Part shown: piece after piece, positions 18,848 to 27,149 of the stretch
Layout of the letters: every line of letters starts with the position of its first letter
Numbering within the stretch: position 1 is the first letter of the stretch
Source: Acidobacteriota bacterium
Lineage (GTDB): Bacteria; Acidobacteriota; UBA890; WLXD01
Reading direction: 5' to 3'
NCBI GenBank assembly: GCA_965248695.1
Contig: CBDFKD010000002.1
Location: 544,001 to 608,000, forward strand
Length of the DNA stretch: 64,000 nucleotides
Position numbers and translations under genes: made by a program
Notes under the pieces: model-generated
Told to the model about the DNA's origin: nothing
What the model saw: only the letters and a program-made list of their open reading frames with translations
Database searches by the model: none

Positions 18848-19307
18848 GGCAATTGACCACTGTTGGCAGATCGCGCTTGAGAACGAGGACGCTGCGCGTC
18901 CCGCTGACGTGCGTGAGCTGTTCTTGGAGCGGTATCCGGAGACGGCGGACCACTACCGGGAGCAGATGTTCCGGTCGGGTTTGATGCGCAAGATCAACGA
19001 ACGCGCCAAGCTCGCGAGCCAGCCTCTGCCGGAGGCGTATAGGCAGTCGACCCTGTTCAAGCACATTCCTGGGCAGCGCATCCAGCGAATGATCCCGATT
19101 GCCTCCGGAGCCGACTCCTCCTGGGTCGCTATCGAGAAGGCGACCCGCGAGCACGTGTCTGCCTGGTTAGGAGTCGAGCGTCTGAACAAAGACGCGGCGC
19201 TCAAGAAGTTCCACGACACCGAAGACAAGGTGAAGTTCTTCCTGGCGATCATGCACGGCACCGACACTGTTGGTGAAGCGCTGGCGCGTTACCGGGATGC
19301 TGCATGA
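18828..19307 (+). CDS. Hypothetical phage protein
   Basis: GTG 18828 with GGAGG RBS; coupled to neighbours. Confidence 0.65.
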   Translation: MIEKIDRAIDHCWQIALENEDAARPADVRELFLERYPETADHYREQMFRSGLMRKINERAKLASQPLPEAYRQSTLFKHIPGQRIQRMIPIASGADSSWVAIEKATREHVSAWLGVERLNKDAALKKFHDTEDKVKFFLAIMHGTDTVGEALARYRDAA

Positions 19308-19498
19308 GCGAACGGGAGCTGCTACGGCTGCTGCACAGGGCGGCGATCGCGCTGCGCGGCAACGCCAACTCCGCCGCCGCCTATGGCAACGGCGACAAGG
19401 CTGAGCACGAGCACAGCCTTGCCCGGAAGCTGCAAGGACCCGCCACCGTAACCATCAAGAACCTGTACCGGCGCGCACGCATGGGGGTCGGGGCATGA
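19304..19498 (+). CDS. Hypothetical phage protein
   Basis: ATGA-coupled 64 aa ORF. Confidence 0.55.
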   Translation: MSERELLRLLHRAAIALRGNANSAAAYGNGDKAEHEHSLARKLQGPATVTIKNLYRRARMGVGA

Positions 19499-19764
19499 GG
19501 AGCCAGCGAACGATGACCAAACGCGACGCGCCCGAGTCGGGCGACAGACCGGAGTTCAAATTCACAACAATCGAAAAGGAGACCAAGAATCGCCGACGCG
19601 CCTGCATGCTCCTCGGCGCGCCCGCCGTCAACGTGCTTTACGACCACGGTCTCAGGGTGATCCCGTGGGAGGACACTCTGCTGGTCTATCACGCGGATGA
19701 GCTAGAGCGGCTCGGCGGAGACTTGAAAGAGCTGCGCGACGCCGCCATTAAGACTTGTCGATGA
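19495..19764 (+). CDS. Hypothetical phage protein
   Basis: Coupled ORF; alternative ATG at 19512. Confidence 0.5.
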   Translation: MRSQRTMTKRDAPESGDRPEFKFTTIEKETKNRRRACMLLGAPAVNVLYDHGLRVIPWEDTLLVYHADELERLGGDLKELRDAAIKTCR

Positions 19765-20041
19765 TCCAACTTTCCTTGCCACACTTTTCTTCTTGGCATT
19801 CGTACCGTGTCTCGCGGGCGCCCAACATGCCCATAGGGTCATTACGCACTCTAGATCCCGTCCTACGAATATTGCGTGAACCGCAATGCTCACAACAATT
19901 GCCGTCGGAGCTGTCCCTAAGCTCGTCTTCGAGTGCCTTGACGCGCCGTTCCAAATCCGTCACGCACTCGGGCGCAGCGCGCATGGCTTTCCATTCGTCC
20001 CAGCGGTCCAATGCAGACAACACATCACTGAGCAAGGACAC
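19748..20041 (-). CDS. Small coiled-coil/zinc-ribbon protein (moron-like, antisense to early operon)
   Basis: GGAGG RBS; CEHC...CQEEKC; visibly lower GC. Confidence 0.7.
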   Translation of the reverse strand: MSLLSDVLSALDRWDEWKAMRAAPECVTDLERRVKALEDELRDSSDGNCCEHCGSRNIRRTGSRVRNDPMGMLGARETRYECQEEKCGKESWIIDKS

Positions 20042-20079
20042 TGACTTCCTCCTGCGGCTGAAGCGTGGTCAGGGGGATC

Positions 20080-20116
20080 GCGGGGTAGCCGGCGACTCGG
20101 CTGCCCCGCTTGTCTT
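20080..20116 (+). terminator. Putative intrinsic terminator
   Basis: GCGGGGTAGCCG / CGGCTGCCCCGC stem followed by TTGTCTT. Confidence 0.45.
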
Positions 20117-20171
20117 TACCTGCAGCCTACACGGAGACGCCCGCGAGCTGCCGCATGAACACGACACCCCA

Positions 20172-20292
20172 TTGACAACGCGCCCTCAGTGCGCTTGGAT
20201 GTCGGAGTCGCGGAAAACACCGCGACCGGGTCAGACAACCTGCGTACCTACGAGGCACGTTAGGCGCGCCTCTTGTTCGAGCGCGCCTTTTT
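20172..20292 (+). promoter_or_regulatory. Promoter and c4-a1b1-like leader (upstream antisense target, attenuator)
   Basis: TTGACA 20172-20177; hairpin GTCGCGG-AAAACA-CCGCGAC; CAGACAA 20232-20238; CCTACGAGG 20247-20255; AGGCGCGC/GCGCGCCT-TTTT terminator 20262-20292. Confidence 0.75.
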
Positions 20293-20317
20293 CGTGCACC
20301 GCGCATGGCGCCACCGC

Positions 20318-20394
20318 TGGTGGGGTCATGCGGGGACCCTTCGGGGTCAGCCGGTACCCTCGTAGGCCGGTTTGTCTGCCCGCATGGCCCCGTC
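20318..20394 (+). ncRNA. C4/P4-CI-type antisense RNA
   Basis: Outer stem GGGGTCATGCGGG/CCCGCATGGCCCC, cUUCGg hairpin, loop CCTCGTAGG and bulge TTGTCTG complementary to flanking targets. Confidence 0.8.
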
Positions 20395-20453
20395 TCTCTT
20401 CGTCAGACAACGAAGAGTGGCGGATACCGCGACCTTCACGCTACGAGGACGCC

Positions 20454-20687
20454 ATGTGCACGCTGGAGCGCACCGACCGCGCCGCCAGCCTCGATGCCTG
20501 CAAGCAGGCGATCGCCGAGCTGCTGGCCCCCGATTCCGAGACGCATCCAGTGGAGCACCTTGCTCACGTGGCGGTACTTGCGGATGCGCTGTGCCGGGCG
20601 CTTATCGAGGCCGTTGCCGAGGAGTTGTGGGAGGCGACGACGTCCACTGCACCGACGATCGTCCCTGGACCGCGAGGTGAGCAATGA
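20454..20687 (+). CDS. Small protein at the icd/kil position, translation gated by antisense RNA
   Basis: RBS lies inside target CTACGAGG 20441-20448; ATG 20454. Confidence 0.65.
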   Translation: MCTLERTDRAASLDACKQAIAELLAPDSETHPVEHLAHVAVLADALCRALIEAVAEELWEATTSTAPTIVPGPRGEQ

Positions 20688-20899
20688 GCGGTAGGCACAT
20701 CTATGCGGATCTCCGCGACATGGATCTCAGGTCCGTCACTCCCGAAGCACTCGATGAGGTTGCCGACGCCCTGAGCTCGCTCATCGCGGCGTTGGCGGAT
20801 GGGCTTGCGGCAACCCAGCGCGAGTTTGCCGCCGCTCTTACCGCCCAACGCGCGCTGGTGAGGGCGCGCAAAGCGATCTTAAAGGAGAGGCGACACTGA
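20684..20899 (+). CDS. Hypothetical phage protein
   Basis: ATGA-coupled, helical, stop overlaps replication gene start. Confidence 0.6.
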   Translation: MSGRHIYADLRDMDLRSVTPEALDEVADALSSLIAALADGLAATQREFAAALTAQRALVRARKAILKERRH

Positions 20900-21819
20900 T
20901 GCGCATGTACGCGAAGGTCTCGCCGCGTTTGTGGACGGGAAGCCTCGGGGAGCAACTACGCGGCGATCCAGAAGCTCAAGCGTTGGCGGCCTACCTCGTG
21001 ACAGGGCCACACGCGAACATGATCGGTCTGTACAGGCTTCCGATTTCCTACCTTGCGGAGGACCTTGGATGGGGCTTCGAAGGGGCTTCGAAGGCCCTTC
21101 GAAGGGTATGTGAGGCCGGTTTTGCAAGCTACGACAAGGCCACGCAGAGGATTTGGGTCATCGATCACGCGCGCCACGAGTTCGGAAACGAGCTGAAGCC
21201 CGGCGACAAGAGAATCAAGAACATCGCCAAGCAATTACTGGAACACCGTAACTCTAGCCTTATCAATGACTTCCTGGACAAATACGGCGCTGAATTCCAT
21301 ATCGCGCCGAAGGGGCTTGCGAGCCCCTTCGAAGGGGCTTCACAAGCCCCTTCACAAGCCCCTTCACAAGGCCATTCGAAGCCCCTTCGAAGCCAGGAGC
21401 AGGAACAGGAGCAGGAACAGGAGCAGGAGCAGGAGGGGGGTGGTGTCGAACAACCTCGGAGGTGGAACGCAGGGTCGGAGGGCGAGCGACCTCCCACCGC
21501 CACCGCCACCGACGGCGCCGACGACGCCGTACTCGAAGTGCTGGAGGCGTTCAACGAGCGCTTCTGTCGCACGGCCATGCCCGGCTCCGGCACCCGGTAC
21601 CTCCAAGAGCGCCTCGCCGCAGGCGGCACCTTCGAGCAGGCAAAGGCGGTCATCGAGCACGTCGGCGCCGAGGGCCGGCACGTCGGTTCGCCGCAGGATG
21701 TGTTCAACGCTCGGACCTGGAACGCCGTGCATCCGCCGCCGTCCCACAGCCGTCGCCGTGAGCCGCGGCTGCCGAAGATCGAGCCCGTGCCCGACGACGC
21801 CCCGGAGCTGGACCGATGA
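20899..21819 (+). CDS. Phage replication initiator (O-like)
   Basis: YAKVSPRLW...PHANMIGLY HTH N-terminus, EQ repeat linker, internal iterons, precedes helicase. Confidence 0.8.
   Translation: MRMYAKVSPRLWTGSLGEQLRGDPEAQALAAYLVTGPHANMIGLYRLPISYLAEDLGWGFEGASKALRRVCEAGFASYDKATQRIWVIDHARHEFGNELKPGDKRIKNIAKQLLEHRNSSLINDFLDKYGAEFHIAPKGLASPFEGASQAPSQAPSQGHSKPLRSQEQEQEQEQEQEQEGGGVEQPRRWNAGSEGERPPTATATDGADDAVLEVLEAFNERFCRTAMPGSGTRYLQERLAAGGTFEQAKAVIEHVGAEGRHVGSPQDVFNARTWNAVHPPPSHSRRREPRLPKIEPVPDDAPELDR
21071..21435. repeat. Putative phage origin: iteron clusters and CAGGAR repeat
   Basis: GGGGCTTCGAA-type units 21071-21106; AGCCCCTTC(GA/ACA) units 21309-21394 including palindrome AGCCCCTTCGAAGGGGCT; (CAGGAR)7. 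Confidence 0.7.
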
Positions 21820-23126
21820 GCGACGCCGAGCTGAAGTTGCCGGCCGACACCGCCACCGAGAAGGCGATCCTCGGAGCGGTGCTGCTGGAGCCGGACTCGT
21901 GGCACACGGTGAGCTCGGAGCTCGAGCCCCGAGACTTTTTTTCCGAGTCCCACCGGTTCGTGTTCGAGGGCATGCGCCAGATCGCCACCGTGCGCCACGA
22001 GGCGATCGATCACACGAGTCTCCGAGCGGAACTGTCGCGCACCGACACGTTGGAGCGCGCCGGTGGAGCCGCCTATCTGTCGAGCCTCATTGACGGGCTA
22101 CCGCACGGCTGCAACGTGGCCCAGTACGCCCGCCTCGTGCGCGACTGCTCGCTGCGCCGACAGGGCATCCGGATCGCCTCGGCGGCGATCACCCGCTTCG
22201 GTGACACCCTCACCGACCCGGACGAGGCGATCGAGGAGTTCAGTGAGGATTTGCGCACGCTGCTCGCCCGGCTCGCCGACGCCGACGTCGAGCAGCTACG
22301 CGGCTCTGCACTGCTGGCCGACAGCCTCCAGCGCGGTGGCCGCGTGCCTCTCGGTTGGCATGCCTTGGACCGGCAGATGCGCGGTGGACTGCCTCGAGGC
22401 ACGGTGATGACCGTGGGAGCCAAAGGCTCGGTGGGCAAGACCCCGTTCGCGCTCCAGACGGCGCAGCGCATCCTCACCACGCGGCCGTCCGCACAGGTGG
22501 TGTTCTTCAACCTGGAGATGCCGGGGGCGGAGATCGTTCGCCGCCAGATCATGGCCTACTGCGGAGTGACGGATGCTGAGGCGGTGGACATGGCTCTGGG
22601 GCGTACCGGTCGGCTCACCGGCATGGGCAACACCCTGGCTGAGTACGACGCGCTCATGGAGCGGTTCCACATGCACAACGCGCAGCGCACGGTGGCCAAG
22701 ATCGAGGCGGCGGTGGCCTCGATCGGAGGCGAGGTAGAGCTGGTGATCGTAGACCACTTGGGCAAGCTCAAAGCGCCCGGCACCAAGAGCCCCTACGACC
22801 GGGTGTCTACTGTGATCGTGGACTTGCAGGCGATGGCGGCGGCGCTGAATGTACCGGTGATGCTGCTGGCGCACCTGAACCGGGTCGACAACAAGTCGCC
22901 TGCGGACGAGGTGTACCTGAGCTCGTTTCGGGACTCAGGCGTGATCGAGGACCAGAGCGACTACGTGTTGGGGCTGTGGCGGCCCCACTACACCGAGGAG
23001 GTAGAGAGGCAGGCGAGGGTGGCGGTGTTGCGCGGCGGGCTGCTGAAGAACAAGAGCGGCTATCCGGGGCAGCTGGACTGGAACTTCGACCTGCCCTACC
23101 AGCAGATCCAGGAGGTGGTGGCGTGA
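21816..23126 (+). CDS. Phage replicative helicase, DnaB family
   Basis: EKAILGAVL, Walker A GAKGSVGKT, FNLEM, VIVDHL, RDSGVIEDQSD. Confidence 0.9.
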   Translation: MSDAELKLPADTATEKAILGAVLLEPDSWHTVSSELEPRDFFSESHRFVFEGMRQIATVRHEAIDHTSLRAELSRTDTLERAGGAAYLSSLIDGLPHGCNVAQYARLVRDCSLRRQGIRIASAAITRFGDTLTDPDEAIEEFSEDLRTLLARLADADVEQLRGSALLADSLQRGGRVPLGWHALDRQMRGGLPRGTVMTVGAKGSVGKTPFALQTAQRILTTRPSAQVVFFNLEMPGAEIVRRQIMAYCGVTDAEAVDMALGRTGRLTGMGNTLAEYDALMERFHMHNAQRTVAKIEAAVASIGGEVELVIVDHLGKLKAPGTKSPYDRVSTVIVDLQAMAAALNVPVMLLAHLNRVDNKSPADEVYLSSFRDSGVIEDQSDYVLGLWRPHYTEEVERQARVAVLRGGLLKNKSGYPGQLDWNFDLPYQQIQEVVA

Positions 23127-23213
23127 CGGACGAAGAGGGCATCGTGAGCCGCTACGCACGCCGCCCAACAGGACACCGAGGCGTAAGATGAGTCAGACGG
23201 GAGCAGCCGTCCA

Positions 23214-23636
23214 GTGAGCACTCTGGCGCCCAAACTCTGGACCGTCGACGAGGTCGCGGAATACCTTCGCGTCTCGCGCAAGACGGCCGAGGGTTACGTG
23301 CGCCAGGGGCAGATTCCCAGCGTCAAAATCGGTGGTCGTCGGTTGATTCCAGAGGACCTGCTTAAGGAGCTGATTTATGGCCAGATCGTTCGCGCCCAAA
23401 GTCAAGCAGAGAACCTACAAGGGCCAGCCAGTCTGGGTGGTGGATTGCAGGTCGTGGGCGACAGTGATGCGGAGACTCGGCTACCCAGCGCAGAAGCGTT
23501 TCGAGCACCCGGATCTAGCGCAGGCCTACCTTCAGCAGATCATCGTCGCGCAGCGCACCGGACGCCCTGCGGCCCCGGAGCTGGTGGAGGTCCGACGCCT
23601 CTGCGACCTCTACCTCCAGTCGAAGAAGCGGAGTGA
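23214..23636 (+). CDS. Excisionase-family HTH protein
   Basis: TVDEVAEYLRVS...GQIPSVKIGGRRLIP in the first ~55 aa; remainder overlaps int. Confidence 0.8.
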   Translation: MSTLAPKLWTVDEVAEYLRVSRKTAEGYVRQGQIPSVKIGGRRLIPEDLLKELIYGQIVRAQSQAENLQGPASLGGGLQVVGDSDAETRLPSAEAFRAPGSSAGLPSADHRRAAHRTPCGPGAGGGPTPLRPLPPVEEAE

Positions 23637-24495
23637 GGCGGCAGCGTCAACGCTGGTGAGCCTGCGTTCGAGCATGCGGGGCTTTCTGGGCTTTCTGGAC
23701 GGTCGTGGCATCCGGGATGTGCGCGACGTGAATCCCGCCGTCGTGGACCAGTGGCGGGAGCAGATGTTCACTCGATTCGCGGTCAACACGGTGCGCAATC
23801 GGCTACAGCACGTGAGGCAGATGTTCCGCTGGGCCAATCGTCTCGGCTATGTGGAGGGCGATCCGACGAACGCGGTAGCGATGCCGAGAGCTGGTAAGCG
23901 CCGGCGGTGCCTGACCGACGAAGAGGTGCGGATCCTGCTGGAAGGGGCTCGCCCCGACCAGCTGACGATCTGGCGATTCATGCTCATGACGGGCCTTCGC
24001 AAAGGCGAGATGGCGGGGTTGCAGGTTGGCGACGTTCATCTTGATGTGCCCGCCCAATTCGTCTCGGTAATCGGTAAAGGGAATAAGCCACGTGACGTTG
24101 ACTTGGTAGCGCTGACCGCGATCGCCGATGCGAGGAACTTACTTGAGCGAGCAATAGCGACCGGCAGTGAGCCTCTGTTGCCGTTTGGCTACTCGACGCT
24201 GGGCGTCCGGTTCCAGCAGGAGCGTGATCGGCTGGGATTGTCGAAAGAGGTCACTCTGCACGCCCTCAGGCATACATGCGCGACCTGGCTGGCGAACCGC
24301 ACCGGCATGCCGCTTACGGAGGTTCGAGATGTGCTCGGACACCACTCGATCAACGTCACGGAGGTGTACGTGCATGCCGATCGAGCGCGACGCCGACAGG
24401 GCCTGGGCCGGCTCGAAGATCAGTTATTCGAGCACGAAGTTGGTATTAATTTGGAATCTCCGTCTCTGAACAAGCAGGCTAACAGCCCCGGCTAG
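23377..24495 (+). CDS. Tyrosine integrase
   Basis: TGLRKGE, GKGNK, HALRH, LGH, VY catalytic residues; AAGGAG RBS. Confidence 0.95.
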   Translation: MARSFAPKVKQRTYKGQPVWVVDCRSWATVMRRLGYPAQKRFEHPDLAQAYLQQIIVAQRTGRPAAPELVEVRRLCDLYLQSKKRSEAAASTLVSLRSSMRGFLGFLDGRGIRDVRDVNPAVVDQWREQMFTRFAVNTVRNRLQHVRQMFRWANRLGYVEGDPTNAVAMPRAGKRRRCLTDEEVRILLEGARPDQLTIWRFMLMTGLRKGEMAGLQVGDVHLDVPAQFVSVIGKGNKPRDVDLVALTAIADARNLLERAIATGSEPLLPFGYSTLGVRFQQERDRLGLSKEVTLHALRHTCATWLANRTGMPLTEVRDVLGHHSINVTEVYVHADRARRRQGLGRLEDQLFEHEVGINLESPSLNKQANSPG

Positions 24496-24573
24496 GAATG
24501 GCGTATAACCTTTATGTCAATGCATTTAAATAGTTTACGGGAAGAAAGACCTTCAGGATACGGGCCCCAACGG

Positions 24574-24633
24574 CTAGCCAATCCACTTCAGGAAGAACCA
24601 CTCCATCGGCCGGATCGTGTCAAGAACGCTCAT
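24574..24633 (-). pseudogene. N-terminal stub of a probable glycosyltransferase gene
   Basis: ATG overlaps HEAT gene stop (ATGA); MSVLDTIRPMEWFFL then KWIG* at the phage boundary. Confidence 0.45.
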
Positions 24634-25691
24634 GCCGCAACTCCCGCTTCGGCGATGACCTCGGTGAGGATGTCTCGCGCGTAGGCATCCGACTCGATGG
24701 AGCGAATCTCGCGAAGCCGCTCGACGTTCATCGTCGGCAGCTTGCTGAGTGCCTGGGCGGCACGAACGCGAATCCAGTACTCCTTGTGGCGCAGCATCCG
24801 AGTGAGGTCGTCTATATCCGCCTCACCACCGAGACGGCCCACTCCGGCGACTGCGTGGAGCTGGACGAGCCAGTTGGTGTCCTCCAGGTAGGTGCGCAGC
24901 ACGCGTAGGCTCTCCGGGTGCGCCAACTTGGACAGCTGGTACAGGCAGGTAACGATGATCTGCTGATCGGTGCATTGCAGCAAGATGCGCTTGATCGTCT
25001 TCATGGCGACCGATTCCTCGGCGGTATCCAGGTAGATGATCAGCAGGGGTTGGTAGGCCTCACCGGCTGATACCGCCGCCTCGGCGAGCGGCTCTGAAAC
25101 CACCTCCGGTCCGGCCTCCCGCAACATAGAGATGACCCGTCCAGGTGGCCAATCCGAGCGAGACGCGAGCACCGGAACCAGCTCGTTCATCGACTCCCGC
25201 GGGCTGATGCGCAACATCGCGTGGGCGGAGGCAAGCGAGAGATAAGGGTTGGGGTCGCTGACGAGCGGTCGGAGCAAGCGACGCGATTCGCGGTCGCGCA
25301 AGCTACCGAGTACCTGAATGGCGATCAGCTTCTGGCGCACGCTGTCGCCGCGTAGTCGCCGCTTGGCATGAATATCGATGCCCGCGAGGCGTGCGAGACG
25401 GTTGAGGTTGTCCTTGCAGTCGCCGCGAAGAAACTCGTGAAAGTAGGCCCACTGTGGCAGCACTTCGGGCGCCTCGGCGCGCGACAGTGACGGCACCCGG
25501 GTGGGCTCCTGCACCAAGGCGCGCGTCATCAGCGCACGCCATCGTCCCAGCACCTTTTCGCGCCAGATTCGGCGACGCGTGTGCAGAACGCGGATAGCCA
25601 GAATCACACCGAGTAGTCCGAGAGTCAGCACGGCTACCGCAATCGCGGTGAGAACCGCGAGCACCACCACGAACGAGGAGAGGCCGGTCAC
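24630..25691 (-). CDS. HEAT-repeat protein with N-terminal TM helix
   Basis: Repeats such as LVSDPNPYLSLASAHAM, LEDTNWLVQLHAVAGV, LRHKEYWIRVRAAQAL. Confidence 0.85.
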   Translation of the reverse strand: MTGLSSFVVVLAVLTAIAVAVLTLGLLGVILAIRVLHTRRRIWREKVLGRWRALMTRALVQEPTRVPSLSRAEAPEVLPQWAYFHEFLRGDCKDNLNRLARLAGIDIHAKRRLRGDSVRQKLIAIQVLGSLRDRESRRLLRPLVSDPNPYLSLASAHAMLRISPRESMNELVPVLASRSDWPPGRVISMLREAGPEVVSEPLAEAAVSAGEAYQPLLIIYLDTAEESVAMKTIKRILLQCTDQQIIVTCLYQLSKLAHPESLRVLRTYLEDTNWLVQLHAVAGVGRLGGEADIDDLTRMLRHKEYWIRVRAAQALSKLPTMNVERLREIRSIESDAYARDILTEVIAEAGVAA

Positions 25692-25724
25692 CGTAGCCCC
25701 CAGAGCCGATGCTTGGAGCGCATG

Positions 25725-26157
25725 TCAGGCCACCTGCACACTTGTGAACGCGCCGCTCGCCAGCAGTGCCCGCACCCGGGCCACCAGCTCGCGGGGGCGA
25801 AAAGGCTTGGTCAGATAGTCATTGGCCCCGGCGCTCAGAGCGTTGACGACGTCTTGCTCGGAGCCCTTTCCCGAGACCATGATCACGGGTATACGCCTCC
25901 ACGAGGGCTCATCGCGGATGGCGCGGACGACCTGGAACCCGCTGACAAACGGCATCATCACGTCCAGCAAAACGAGGTCGGGAGGCGGCTCGGCGTTGAC
26001 GCGGCGAACCGCTTCGCGGCCATCGTCGACCATGTCCACCTGGAACACCCTCGCGACTGAGCAGAAACTCCAGGACGTAGGCCATGTCGACGTCGTCCTC
26101 GGCTACCATCAGGCGGGTAATACGCCGCGTGGTCGTAGGCTGAGCTTCCGGGGTCAT
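25725..26157 (-). pseudogene. Single-domain response regulator, frameshifted
   Basis: LMVAEDD N-part and DLVLLDVMMP...KPF C-part in different frames; 1-nt indel at ~26048. Confidence 0.85.
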
Positions 26158-26316
26158 CTCTAGCGCGCTCGTCTGAGTGATGATCAACTCGGCACATGTG
26201 TCACGTCGAATGATAACAACGTTGAATTGACGTGAGAAAGATAATAATCGTTAATTTCCATTTTTATTGATTACTATTACGTAGTATTAGTCATCATAAG
26301 ATAATAGGGGCCGCCC

Positions 26317-27143
26317 ATGGACGTCGATCTCGGCGGCCTGCTCGATTTCGCCGTGACGATGGCGGAGCAGGCCGGACGCAAGACGTTGGAGCACTTCGGA
26401 GCCGAAGTGCCTACCGAGCTGAAGGCGGACTCGACACCGGTAACGCAGGCCGATCGCGACGCCGAGCAACTCTGTCGCGAGATGCTCGAGACGCGTTTCC
26501 CCGCGGATGGCATCCTCGGTGAGGAGTTCGGGACCGTGCGTCCTGCGGCGCCGCGTCGATGGATTCTCGACCCGATTGACGGCACCAAGAGCTTCATCCG
26601 CGGGGTGCCGTTGTACGGAGTGTTGATAGCGCTCGAGGAGGCGGGGCTGCCGCCCTCGGCGTCATCCACTTCCCGGCGCTGGCGGAAACGGTTGCGGCGG
26701 CGCGCGGCAGCGGCTGCTGGTGGAACGGAAGCCGGGCTCGAGTATCCGGAATCGATGCCTTGAGCGACGCGCTGGTGCTGGCCACCGATACCGAGTCTCT
26801 GGCCCGGGAGGGTCACACGGAGGGATGGGCGTCACTGGCCGGTCGGGCCGCGATGGCGCGCACGTGGGGCGACTGCTACGGCCACGCGCTGGTCGCCACA
26901 GGTCGGGCCGAGGCCATGCTCGATCCGGTCCTGGCCTTGTGGGACTCCGCGGCCTTGCTCCCAATCATCGAGGAGGCGGGCGGGGTGTTCACCGATTGGA
27001 CAGGTCGCGCGGTGCACAACGGCGCCTCCGGAATCGCCACCAACGCGGCGCTGGCGAAGGAGATCCGCGAGCTGCTCGGCGCCTGCGGCTTGAGTACGAT
27101 GCCGCGCGACGGTAGTTGCCAGCCCGACCCGATGGCACAATAA
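26317..27143 (+). pseudogene. hisN: Histidinol-phosphatase/inositol monophosphatase family, frameshifted
   Basis: GEE, WILDPIDGTKSFIRG, WGDCYG, WDSAAL; 1-nt deletion near 26653. Confidence 0.8.
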
Positions 27144-27149
27144 GCGGCT

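Larger units (their letters stand above)
2616..24588. mobile_element. Defective/rearranged lambdoid (siphovirus-type) prophage
   Basis: Capsid, tail, CI, recombination, replication, xis and int genes; no terminase, portal, tail-tip or lysis genes seen; boundaries approximate. Confidence 0.9.

Noticed and set aside
19755-20694. Long ORFs 19755-20687 and 20305-20694 as Ash-like proteins
   Set aside because: They run through the structured antisense RNA and a reverse-strand gene; the RBS-supported start is ATG 20454
21071-21435. CRISPR-like or VNTR array
   Set aside because: Units are 6-12 bp with no unique spacers, lie inside a coding gene, and no cas genes are present
24496-24600. tRNA/tmRNA integration target next to int
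   Set aside because: No cloverleaf or T-arm/CCA signature visible
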